A stretch of DNA of 64,000 nt from the NCBI GenBank assembly GCA_965217035.1, contig OZ244226.1, forward strand, positions 1,780,146-1,844,145, written 5' to 3'. The position numbers and the translations under genes were made by a program. The notes beneath the pieces are model-generated. The model worked only from the letters and a program-made list of their open reading frames with translations, did not search any database and had not been told where the DNA came from. Below, piece by piece: positions 51,986 through 60,900 of this stretch (position 1 is the stretch's first letter; every line of letters begins with the position of its first letter). This DNA comes from Bacteriovoracaceae bacterium. GTDB lineage: Bacteria; Bdellovibrionota; Bacteriovoracia; Bacteriovoracales; Bacteriovoracaceae.

Positions 51986-52938
51986 TGTCAAAAGCATTAA
52001 TGACTCAAAATTCTCATGATATCGTAAAGGTTGAAGAACCTAAGGTTAAAATAACATTCCTGACTGGTGAAAAAAGAGGTCAGTTTTTCTATGTTGATAA
52101 AGATGAAAGAATAACTGTCGGAAGATCTCAAAACTGTAATATAACAATCGAAGATACGAAGATCTCAAGAGAGCATGCTGAATTTGTTTGGTATGATGGA
52201 GTTCTAATACTTACAGATCTAAAATCTCAAAATGGACTAGTCGTTAATGATAAAAAAGTTCTTCAAGCCGATTTAGAAGATGGTGACAGAATTATACTAG
52301 GAAGAAGTATTCTTAAGGTTACTTATGAAGCATCTCAATCTATTGAAAAACAGTTTTCAGCGGAGGAATTTAACAAAGAAAAAAAGAATCCTGAAAAGAA
52401 AAATAAACGGACACTTTATATGGCCGCAGTTGTTCTTGTCATCTGTTATATGCTTTTGGATGATAGTGGTCCTAAACGCTCACAAGTCGTAAGAAGTGTG
52501 AGTAGGAATATTGATTCAACTTCAAATGTTATAGAAAAGATTGAGAGAAAAGAAAGAAGAAAATCTAAAAAGCTTGATAAAAAAGTAACTATTGTTCTAC
52601 AAAGAGGACTTCGAGAGTTAAGAGAAAAAAATTATTTTAGAGCGATCTCTGAATTCAATTATGCTTTGGATTTAAAGCCTAAAGACTCTCAAGCGAACTT
52701 TTATCTACGAAAAGCAAAAGACGAGCTTGGTAAAGCAATTCAAAGGTATAACTTTGATGCTAAAAGAGATATTGCTTCGTTGAAGTATAAAAAAGGGATT
52801 GTTTCATATTGTGGTATAATTAGATTATTGCAAAAATATCCAGAAGATAAACGTTATATAGATGCAAAAAAGAATATTGAAGAATTAGAGGTGAGCCTAG
52901 GCTATGAGCAAGGTGAAATTATCTGTATTCAGGAATGA
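51985..52938 (+). CDS. FHA-TM-TPR protein
   Basis: VGRS...ISREHA...SQNG, TM LYMAAVVLVICYMLL, TPR-like NYFRAISEFNYALDL. Confidence 0.85.
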   Translation: MSKALMTQNSHDIVKVEEPKVKITFLTGEKRGQFFYVDKDERITVGRSQNCNITIEDTKISREHAEFVWYDGVLILTDLKSQNGLVVNDKKVLQADLEDGDRIILGRSILKVTYEASQSIEKQFSAEEFNKEKKNPEKKNKRTLYMAAVVLVICYMLLDDSGPKRSQVVRSVSRNIDSTSNVIEKIERKERRKSKKLDKKVTIVLQRGLRELREKNYFRAISEFNYALDLKPKDSQANFYLRKAKDELGKAIQRYNFDAKRDIASLKYKKGIVSYCGIIRLLQKYPEDKRYIDAKKNIEELEVSLGYEQGEIICIQE

Positions 52939-55198
52939 TCAACTTGTAGACTCTTATGAGTTTCAGATCATGGAAGGGGTAGAACAAGAGGCTTTTATTG
53001 GTAGGGCAAGTGATTGCCATATTTCGTTGGCAGATCATCAGGTTTCAAGGCATCATGTCTCACTAACTTATAGTAGTGGGATCCTATCTTTAAAAAATCT
53101 TTCTCAGTATCAAAATGTCTATGTAAATGGGAAGAACGTTAATAATGCTCTCGTCTCTGATACTGATTCAATTCAATTTTATGATTATACTTTGAAAATT
53201 GAAGGCGCGATGGGACTTCAAGATATTATCCCTGATGATATAGATAGTTTATTGAATCAGGTTGAAAAAACACAAATTATACAGGCTTCAGATGAAGTTG
53301 AAGACACGGTAGTAATGTCTCAAGAAAATTCAAACAAGAATTTAAAAGAAGAGAATGAAGTTTTTATGGGAACTGATATTTCAGAGTCAACAGAACAGCA
53401 AAACTTTGAAAGTGAAGAGTCAGGACCGCTTGTGAAAGGAAATGATGATATAAAAACAATTACCCAAAGAATTCAAAATATTTTATCAGGTGATGACTCA
53501 GAGGATTCTAATGATTTTGATATTAATGAAACAGACTTCATTGTGGAAGAAAAGAAAGAACGAGTTAGTGAGGTTTTAGAGTTTGGTTCAGAGATTGATG
53601 AAGGAACTGAAGTTGGTGCTCTTCAAACCTTTGGAGAAGATACTAGTGTCATTGATAAGTTTGCCCAAATATACTTGAGCATCTCTGGAGATAATGTTCC
53701 TTATCATAAATATATTCTTGAAGCCAAAGAAACTCTGGTCGGTAGTTCTCGTAAAAGTTGCGATATCGTATTGGAAGACGAGCTTGTTTCTGAAATCCAT
53801 TCAAGATTTTTATACGATAAAAAAAGAGTTTGGGTAGAAGATCTTGGTTCAGATTCGGGAACTTATGTAAATGGCGACAAAGTTAATAAAGCTGAGTTGA
53901 ATCAAGGTGATGAAATTTTAATTGGTGGTATCAGCTTCGTCCTTATGGTGGGAAGTGAAATTCTTTCCGAAGAAGTAAAGAGATTGATGCCGATTGCTCA
54001 CGAACAAGAAATGATCGAACATCAGATGGTTGGTGATGAGAACGAAGCTGAAGAATATTCACTTGAGGGTGAACTCCCCGAAGGGGCGAGTATTCAAGTT
54101 CGATTTCAAAGAATGCTGGCAAACCCTCAGCAGAAAAGAATATTTTATTATGTTGTAGCAATTCTTTTTATCCTTCTTTTGTTCGAAGATGGTGAAGATA
54201 ATTCTAATAAAGTGGCAAAGAAGAAAACTAAAACAGAAAAAACAACAGAGCAACCGAAGGGAACAACCAGAGTTGTGAAGAAATCAAAGCGAAGTCAAGA
54301 AGAACTGGAGTATCTGGAATCCCATTATCAACTTGCGAAAGCAAAAATTGAAGAAGGAGATTATGATGGCGCTCTTTTTGATGCAGAGCTCGTTAGAACG
54401 GTTGATCCTGGATATAAAAACATTGATTCGATTGTTGGAGTAGCGAAACAAGGGTTGATTGCTCTTGAGGAAGCTGAGAGAAAGAAAAAAGAAGAAGAGG
54501 AGCGTTTAGAAGTTGAAAGTAAAATTAAATCTCTTCTAGCAAAAGCTGAACAGGCCATGAAAGACGATAAGTTGATTATGGCAGAAACTTATTTGAATGA
54601 AATTGCTCAGTTCGATCCTGAGAATTCTAATTTATATTCTTTAAAACTTGAGATTGATGCTGCTAAAAAAGAACAAGAAAGATTAAGAAAAGAACAAGAA
54701 GAAAAAGAGAGAAAGCGCAATGAGTTTTTGGCTGCTCTTGCCCCGGCAAAGTCTCTTTTTGCCCAAGGAGATTGGTACAAGGCTTCAAAAATTGTCGATA
54801 AAATTATTACGATGAAAGGGATTGAAGCAGAATTGATCAATGATGCTAATAAGCTTCTAAAAGAAGCTCAAGGTAAAATTTCAGAAGAAACACAAAGACT
54901 TTTGACTGAAGCAAGAGGTTTTAGACAAGGAGAAGATTTGAAGAATGCTTACGAAACTTATCTTAAGCTCTTAAAAGTAAATCCAATTAGTTCTGAAGCT
55001 TTAAAAGAGCTTCAAGATATCCAGTCGAGTCTTGATGGGAGAGCAAAGCTTGTTTATCGAGAGGCGCTTGTTTCTGAATCAATTAGTCTCTTTGACGATG
55101 CAAAAGAGAAGTATTTAGAAGTTCTTCAAATTGCACCAAGTGAAAGCGATTATTATAAGAAGGCAAAATCGAAGCTCGATGAATTTTATGTGGAATAA
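52904..55198 (+). CDS. Double-FHA, acidic linker, TM, TPR/coiled-coil protein
   Basis: IGR..VSRHH, a second FHA GSS..VSEIH..GTYVNG, TM IFYYVVAILFILLLF, helical C-terminus. Confidence 0.85.
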   Translation: MSKVKLSVFRNDQLVDSYEFQIMEGVEQEAFIGRASDCHISLADHQVSRHHVSLTYSSGILSLKNLSQYQNVYVNGKNVNNALVSDTDSIQFYDYTLKIEGAMGLQDIIPDDIDSLLNQVEKTQIIQASDEVEDTVVMSQENSNKNLKEENEVFMGTDISESTEQQNFESEESGPLVKGNDDIKTITQRIQNILSGDDSEDSNDFDINETDFIVEEKKERVSEVLEFGSEIDEGTEVGALQTFGEDTSVIDKFAQIYLSISGDNVPYHKYILEAKETLVGSSRKSCDIVLEDELVSEIHSRFLYDKKRVWVEDLGSDSGTYVNGDKVNKAELNQGDEILIGGISFVLMVGSEILSEEVKRLMPIAHEQEMIEHQMVGDENEAEEYSLEGELPEGASIQVRFQRMLANPQQKRIFYYVVAILFILLLFEDGEDNSNKVAKKKTKTEKTTEQPKGTTRVVKKSKRSQEELEYLESHYQLAKAKIEEGDYDGALFDAELVRTVDPGYKNIDSIVGVAKQGLIALEEAERKKKEEEERLEVESKIKSLLAKAEQAMKDDKLIMAETYLNEIAQFDPENSNLYSLKLEIDAAKKEQERLRKEQEEKERKRNEFLAALAPAKSLFAQGDWYKASKIVDKIITMKGIEAELINDANKLLKEAQGKISEETQRLLTEARGFRQGEDLKNAYETYLKLLKVNPISSEALKELQDIQSSLDGRAKLVYREALVSESISLFDDAKEKYLEVLQIAPSESDYYKKAKSKLDEFYVE

Positions 55199-55200
55199 AG

Positions 55201-55947
55201 ATGGACGTTAAAAGATATTACGCAAACACTTCTCAAGGACCCTATCTTAATATTAATGAGGATCAGTGTTTATGTGATCTTGAAAACCAACTCTATATGG
55301 TTATTGATGCTTTTGGGGGCGCGGGAATTGGCGATCGTGCTGCAAATCTTGTCAGGGAACAGCTAAAAAGTTTTTATATCAAAACGACTGAAGATAGCGA
55401 TGCGACGATGCCCTTCTATTTTAATTTTCATTACAATCTTGAGCTTAACGCTCTAGTTAACGCACTTATATGCTCACACAGACTTCTTTTAAGAGATAAC
55501 GAGGAAAAGAAAATCGCTCAAAAGGCTGGTGTTTCAGGGATTTTTGCTTGTCAGTCAAAGGGGATCTTGAATGTTCTCTCTGTAGGGAATGTTTTTTGTT
55601 ATTTACTTCGAAAAGATAAGTTAATTCGTATTTTTGCTCATGAACATGATTTTTCTTTGTTAAATGGTGGAGAAGACTTAGACCCGCTGGCTTCAAAAGT
55701 TCCCTATAGCGCATTAGGTATGTACTATCAGCTTGATTACTCGGTGAAAGAAGTGAAAGTTCAAGATGGTGATACAGTACTGCTTGCGACTGACGGAGCA
55801 CTCGATCGATTAGATATTCATCAAATTCAAAGAATTTTGTTGAATAGCAAATCTGATAATCTGATGAGTGGTGTACAATCATTATTTAGTTCCAATAATT
55901 CAAATGGAAATAAAGACAATCAGTCAGCTATTATTCTCGAATATTAA
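55201..55947 (+). CDS. PP2C/SpoIIE-family Ser/Thr phosphatase (partly degenerate motifs)
   Basis: NED, IDAFGG, LATDG, KDNQS. Confidence 0.8.
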   Translation: MDVKRYYANTSQGPYLNINEDQCLCDLENQLYMVIDAFGGAGIGDRAANLVREQLKSFYIKTTEDSDATMPFYFNFHYNLELNALVNALICSHRLLLRDNEEKKIAQKAGVSGIFACQSKGILNVLSVGNVFCYLLRKDKLIRIFAHEHDFSLLNGGEDLDPLASKVPYSALGMYYQLDYSVKEVKVQDGDTVLLATDGALDRLDIHQIQRILLNSKSDNLMSGVQSLFSSNNSNGNKDNQSAIILEY

Positions 55948-56003
55948 AAAAAGTTGTTAACAACGTAAATACCTGTAATTTATACTATTCCCTAGGGAGT
56001 TTT

Positions 56004-57230
56004 ATGAGTTACAAAGTCCTTGTTGCGGATGATAGCAATAACATTCAAAAAGTTGTAAAGATTATTTATGAAGATCGTGATATTGAAATCAAAACTTGTC
56101 AGGAACCTTCGACCTTTGATCAATTTCTCTCTCAAAGTTTTGATCTTATTCTTTTAGATTTTTCTTTTGATGAAAATAGAACAGGTTATGAACTTGCTAA
56201 AAAAATTAAATCACATAATTCCAAAGTTATTTTATTATTTGGAACATTCGATTCTATTGATGAAGATAAAGTTTCTGAATCAGGTGCCGATGGCCATCTT
56301 TTTAAACCATTCGACAGCGATAAACTTTTAAATCTTACCGATGAAGTGCTTGGAAGTTCAGGGGGTATTAGTTCTCATGTCGATCTTATTGCGGAGGACA
56401 CTCAAATTGCGGAAATCACAGAAGTGAAAAAAGCAATAGATAATGTTGGTGATGAAACAGCTTGGGGAATTAAGATACCTGGAATTATCGGAGAAGATGA
56501 TGAGATAGAGGATGATGATTTTTCGTTAAATGAAGACAATCAAAGAATTCCAGAGATTATCGAATCGGACCTTACGAGAACAATAGTGGGGGGGATAAAT
56601 TCCCTTGAGATATCAGAAGAAGAGGATGAGACTCTTTATCCGTCTGATGAAGATCTTGAATATCCCGATATTATTAAGCCTTCTGAATCTGAAAGCGCTA
56701 CTGAAGAAATTGCTGTTGAGGCTTTCTCTTCTAAGCTGATGTCTTCCAGTGATTTATTAATAGAGTCACCTGGTGATGAATTAGAGCTTACTGACTCTAC
56801 TGAAATCGTAGAAATGCAAGTGAGCTCAGAACAGGAAAAAGAAACTCTCAAGCAATTAAAGCAACAGATTTTTGAAGAGCTTGATGAAGATCTTTGGAGC
56901 GAAGAGCATACGAATACCAATATTCTGATGGGAGAGCTTGGAAAAAAAGTTATTGATGAAAACAAAACGGTGTCAGCCTATCATGGAAAAAAGGACCTCC
57001 TTGAGGGGCTTAAGGCTGATTTTTATTCAGAAATTCGAAATGAAGTCATAGAAAGTCTTCGTTCTGATTTGCCTGAAATTTTAAAGGATGAGTTGATTCC
57101 CCACTTTGAAGAGCATATTAAGGCTTACTGTAAAGAAGCTGTTGAAAAAGGAATTTGGGAGATCCTTCCTGATCTTGCAGAAAAAGTTATCACGAGAGAG
57201 CTTGAAGAAATCAGAAAAACTGTTGATTAA
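56004..57230 (+). CDS. romR: RomR-like response regulator (receiver, acidic linker, RomR-C helix)
   Basis: VLVADDS..IQKV receiver with GTF and KPF. C-terminus EKGIWEILPDLAEKVITREL resembles the Myxococcus RomR C-terminal WEVVP.LAE motif. Confidence 0.8.
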   Translation: MSYKVLVADDSNNIQKVVKIIYEDRDIEIKTCQEPSTFDQFLSQSFDLILLDFSFDENRTGYELAKKIKSHNSKVILLFGTFDSIDEDKVSESGADGHLFKPFDSDKLLNLTDEVLGSSGGISSHVDLIAEDTQIAEITEVKKAIDNVGDETAWGIKIPGIIGEDDEIEDDDFSLNEDNQRIPEIIESDLTRTIVGGINSLEISEEEDETLYPSDEDLEYPDIIKPSESESATEEIAVEAFSSKLMSSSDLLIESPGDELELTDSTEIVEMQVSSEQEKETLKQLKQQIFEELDEDLWSEEHTNTNILMGELGKKVIDENKTVSAYHGKKDLLEGLKADFYSEIRNEVIESLRSDLPEILKDELIPHFEEHIKAYCKEAVEKGIWEILPDLAEKVITRELEEIRKTVD

Positions 57231-58525
57231 ATATTACAAGCTTCGTAATACTTTTTATATTCGCCAATAATTTCTTGAACAGCATCAATAATTCTATTTG
57301 CATTTTGTCCAAAGAATTTTTTTGAATATTCAATTCGATTTCTTTCTTTAAGAGTTTTACTGTGAAGTTTCGCAAGAGTTTTCACTTGATCTTTTATAAG
57401 ATCCCAACGATCTTCTTTCTTTTTAGTTTTAAATGTACCATCTTTTTTCTTTTTGGCAGGACTATGTTTCTTAAAGCCCTCGGAATGTGTCTTGATAAGA
57501 TAGTTTTTTCCATGAAGAAAATTATCTCCTTTTATCACAACATTGCGAATGTAGTTTTCTTTGAACTCTTTTCCGAGGCTAAGCTTGATAAGTCTATTTG
57601 TCTTGTCTTGATAAGAAAGAGAAATCGGTTTTAAGAAACCTTTCTCTATTGCACTTGCTGGAACATTTGGAAGAGATTTAACTTGGATAACCTTTTTATC
57701 TTCCGTTATATAGTATTGTCTTGGAAGTCCTGCTGACCCACCAGTTTTCTTCGTTTTTTTTAAACAATCGAGTTGAACCCCTGAAGTATGTTTCCGATAA
57801 ACAGTATCAATATGAACACTGCGGCTGTCTCTTAGGCAAGGTTCCAGTTTTTCTCCAATAAATTTATTTTCTTTCCAGTTTACACGCTTTGAAGAATTAT
57901 CCATATCCTTAAGGGCCTTCTTTTGAATTTTCTTTGTTGATTCAGAAAGTTCAAATTCACCCTTTTTTTCAATGACTTTTTGATATTGTCTCACGAGACT
58001 TCTTAGCTTAAACTCATCACTTTTTAATATTGGGTCTTCTTGGTTTCTATAAATTTCAAGAGAACCAAGATGGCGAAGAAGGTCTGCTATATAAGGACCT
58101 CTTCCTCCATCATCGAAATCATCCATGGCAAGTTTGGCAACTTTTTTTCCTTTCTTGTCTTTAAAGGCAAAAACGCTAAAATTTTGAAGATGAGGATCAC
58201 CGGTAATGATTCCTGTGTAACGACTGTCTTGAAAGTCTTTAAGTATTTCTTTGTCCTTAAGAATATGGAAAAATAAATTGGGAAATGATCGATAGAAAGA
58301 ATGAAAAGATTTTATATTTTTTAATCTCTTTGTAACAGGAACTGTCCTGTTATCATCTGCTTCAAACTTATTTTGAAGATCAATAAATTTCTGGCATAGA
58401 ACTGTAGTCGCAATTTCTGATTGATTTCCAGACTGGGCCGGAAGAGAACAATCGGAACAATCTTGATTCTGGCTTTGAGCAAATAAAGAAGAAGGGATCA
58501 GTAAAGAAAGTAATATTATTTTCAT
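57227..58525 (-). CDS. Exported DUF2252-like (kinase-like fold) protein
   Basis: GDPHLQNF, DDFDDG, GGSAGLPR, IQVK, LAKLH match the DUF2252 motif order. Signal peptide MKIILLSLLIPSSLFA. Confidence 0.7.
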   Translation of the reverse strand: MKIILLSLLIPSSLFAQSQNQDCSDCSLPAQSGNQSEIATTVLCQKFIDLQNKFEADDNRTVPVTKRLKNIKSFHSFYRSFPNLFFHILKDKEILKDFQDSRYTGIITGDPHLQNFSVFAFKDKKGKKVAKLAMDDFDDGGRGPYIADLLRHLGSLEIYRNQEDPILKSDEFKLRSLVRQYQKVIEKKGEFELSESTKKIQKKALKDMDNSSKRVNWKENKFIGEKLEPCLRDSRSVHIDTVYRKHTSGVQLDCLKKTKKTGGSAGLPRQYYITEDKKVIQVKSLPNVPASAIEKGFLKPISLSYQDKTNRLIKLSLGKEFKENYIRNVVIKGDNFLHGKNYLIKTHSEGFKKHSPAKKKKDGTFKTKKKEDRWDLIKDQVKTLAKLHSKTLKERNRIEYSKKFFGQNANRIIDAVQEIIGEYKKYYEACNI

Positions 58526-58711
58526 AGTACTATTAAATGACTAATACCCGTCTAATGCAAACAGGGATTTATTACCCAACTCAAGTCTAAAAATAGAGCT
58601 ATTGAAGAGTTCTCTGATAAAAAAAGTCAAATGAGCAATAAATTGTTCTAACGAAAAAAACTTGAAGCTCATGTTAAGATAAAAATTCATATAAGCTTAA
58701 AAGAACTAGCT

Positions 58712-59416
58712 ATGAATTTATCAATATCATTTAGATTTTTTGTTTTGATTTTTTTTCTGGGAAACCAGATTTTCTTTTCAACTAAAGTTTATAGTTCAGC
58801 TGAATCTAAAGAATGCCGACCTTATGTTGTAAGAGTTGCAAAATGGGCTTATAACGTTATTAAGAATAGAGAAGTCATCTCTTATTCAAAAAACAGTTTT
58901 TCAAAAATTAATAGTAAACTTTGGAATTTCAAGGCACTCACAAACCAAGAAAGACTGAAAGCTAAAAGGCTTTCTCATAATCTATCTCGACTAAAGACTT
59001 ATCAAAAACGAGTTTACAGAAATGCTTTTATTGAAACAAAAGTTTTTAGGTCTTATAAAGAAGGACAAGTAATTGTTTTTCCTGGTTTTACTTCTACTTC
59101 TAAAGAATGGATTAATGCCTTTGGAGGCGATACTATGATCATTATTCATAGCAAAACAGGAAAAGATATTTCCTGGCTTTCTTATTTCAAAGAAGAGAAA
59201 GAAGTTTTATTTGATAAGTACTCACGGTTTAAAATATTAAGAAAGATTGAATTAAAAAGAGGTGAAACAATTTCTTTTGACCCTCTCATCTTCAAAAGTG
59301 TCGAAGATTATAATGACTACTATTGGATATTTGATAATAATGCAAGCTCTTCAGAGGAAGTTCCTGTAAGTGCAAGTGTCTATGCGAGATTGCTTGTTCT
59401 TGAAGATATAAATTAA
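58712..59416 (+). CDS. Putative exported R-S-E-class ADP-ribosyltransferase
   Basis: VYR, GFTSTS, GKDIS..S.F.EEKEVLF motifs. Hydrophobic N-terminus ending VYS. Confidence 0.8.
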   Translation: MNLSISFRFFVLIFFLGNQIFFSTKVYSSAESKECRPYVVRVAKWAYNVIKNREVISYSKNSFSKINSKLWNFKALTNQERLKAKRLSHNLSRLKTYQKRVYRNAFIETKVFRSYKEGQVIVFPGFTSTSKEWINAFGGDTMIIIHSKTGKDISWLSYFKEEKEVLFDKYSRFKILRKIELKRGETISFDPLIFKSVEDYNDYYWIFDNNASSSEEVPVSASVYARLLVLEDIN

Positions 59417-59500
59417 GAAATTAGTCTGGTTTCCTTTCGTAAAGAGCGAAGTGATTTTTGACGATTTTGAAGAACCTATTCCTCAATTTCGCATTCATTC

Positions 59501-59535
59501 AAAAAAAAAGATCACTTTCGTGATCTTATTTTTTT
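59501..59535. terminator. Bidirectional intrinsic terminator; probably the ancestral tRNA-Pro terminator
   Basis: A9, stem AAGATCAC-tttc-GTGATCTT, then ATTTTTTT. On the minus strand it has a GAAA loop and a U run. Confidence 0.75.
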
Positions 59536-59783
59536 ACATGCTCGGAGCGAGAGGGTAAGAAAGTCTGTCGCTCTAAGATTAAGTAATCATTTAAAACATG
59601 AAGAAAATTAATCGCTTACACTTTTTGAGGTTTTCATCTTGCTTCATGTTAAATCATAGCATTCCACGGAAAACAATGGGCTGCCCATAGGAATTCGAGT
59701 AAATATTTCAAAATAACGCATACCGAATTGAAAATGAGGTATAAAAACTTCGCTTTTGGTAATTTATGCCTCAGGAGGGGGTT

Positions 59784-60737
59784 ATGCGTTTTTTGATAAC
59801 TTTAATAGTTTTGACAGGGCTTGCTTCATGTAACAGCAAGAAAAAGTCTCAGGCGGTAACAAGTGAGTACTTTGAAACGACGAAAACTTTCATGATGGGG
59901 CTGGATGCTGAAGGTCTTTGCGAGAATGGACAGCGTTTTGAGGCCAGTGGAGAGAGTACGGTTTGTTATAATTCTTTTACAGCAATGCCCAATGGTGGAG
60001 CTAATATGCTTGAGGGGCACGGAGCCTATGAAGCAAACTCTGGGAAGTATGAAATAGTAGATTCAAGGGTTGTCTATACTATCGATCCTGCGACCATTGA
60101 CGGTGATTCAACTTCATCTCAGGTTGTATTTGAAATTAAAAACGACAATGAACTCCTTGATAGCGAAGGTAACCTTTGGACGACCGAGCTTGATATTGCT
60201 TCTGTTATCAAAAGTGATATTACTCAAGATGGTATCGCCACAAGCGATGAGTTCGAGATGCAGGTTACAGTTCTTAATTTTTTAAGAGGTAATGTAGAGA
60301 ATGCAAATGTTAAAAACAAGGTTTTGACTTTTTCTGTAAAAGACAGAAATAAAGAGCAAGTAATTTCAAGGAACTCAAAGGTTAAAGTTGTTGTTCTTAG
60401 TAATAATGGGAAAGTAAAATTTAAGGCTATTGATGCTCGATATGGACAAGAGTTAACTTACTCAAGCGGACTAGAGGACTATATTCACGGTGAAACGAAA
60501 GGAACCTTAAGGATACATGCGAACAATCCGTATGGGTTTACCTATATCATGGCTGAGGATATCACTGGAATTAATAAAGAAGCCTTGGCTGAGTACAATG
60601 AGCTTAACTCGAGACTGTCTAAACTTAGAGAAGAGGTTCTTTTGGCAGAGCGAGATGGAAGAGAGGTTTCGGAAGAAACAATAGCTGAAATCCGAAAAAT
60701 TGAAAGCAAGATGAGAGAAGTCTCTGAACGGTTTTAG
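59784..60737 (+). CDS. Hypothetical lipoprotein (islet cargo)
   Basis: AGGAGG SD, MRFLITLIVLTGLASC lipobox. Confidence 0.75.
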   Translation: MRFLITLIVLTGLASCNSKKKSQAVTSEYFETTKTFMMGLDAEGLCENGQRFEASGESTVCYNSFTAMPNGGANMLEGHGAYEANSGKYEIVDSRVVYTIDPATIDGDSTSSQVVFEIKNDNELLDSEGNLWTTELDIASVIKSDITQDGIATSDEFEMQVTVLNFLRGNVENANVKNKVLTFSVKDRNKEQVISRNSKVKVVVLSNNGKVKFKAIDARYGQELTYSSGLEDYIHGETKGTLRIHANNPYGFTYIMAEDITGINKEALAEYNELNSRLSKLREEVLLAERDGREVSEETIAEIRKIESKMREVSERF

Positions 60738-60762
60738 ATTACACCTTTAGGTTTTCTAGCAT

Positions 60763-60791
60763 AAAGCAGCTCCTTAGTGTGCTGCTTTTTT
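60763..60791 (+). terminator. Intrinsic terminator
   Basis: AAAGCAGC-N10-GCTGCTTT-TTT. Confidence 0.7.
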
Positions 60792-60900
60792 ATTTCTTTG
60801 TTGCAACTTTTAAGTGAAAGTTTGTTCGGATTTAAATGGATACATGGGCAAAAATGGGCAATCAAAAAATAAATCAATAAAATTGGGAAGTTAAAGAAAC

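Noticed and set aside
57227..60900. Prophage or complete integrative element
   Set aside because: No integrase, phage structural, replication or conjugation genes. Only the 1.36-kb att-bounded remnant is supported.
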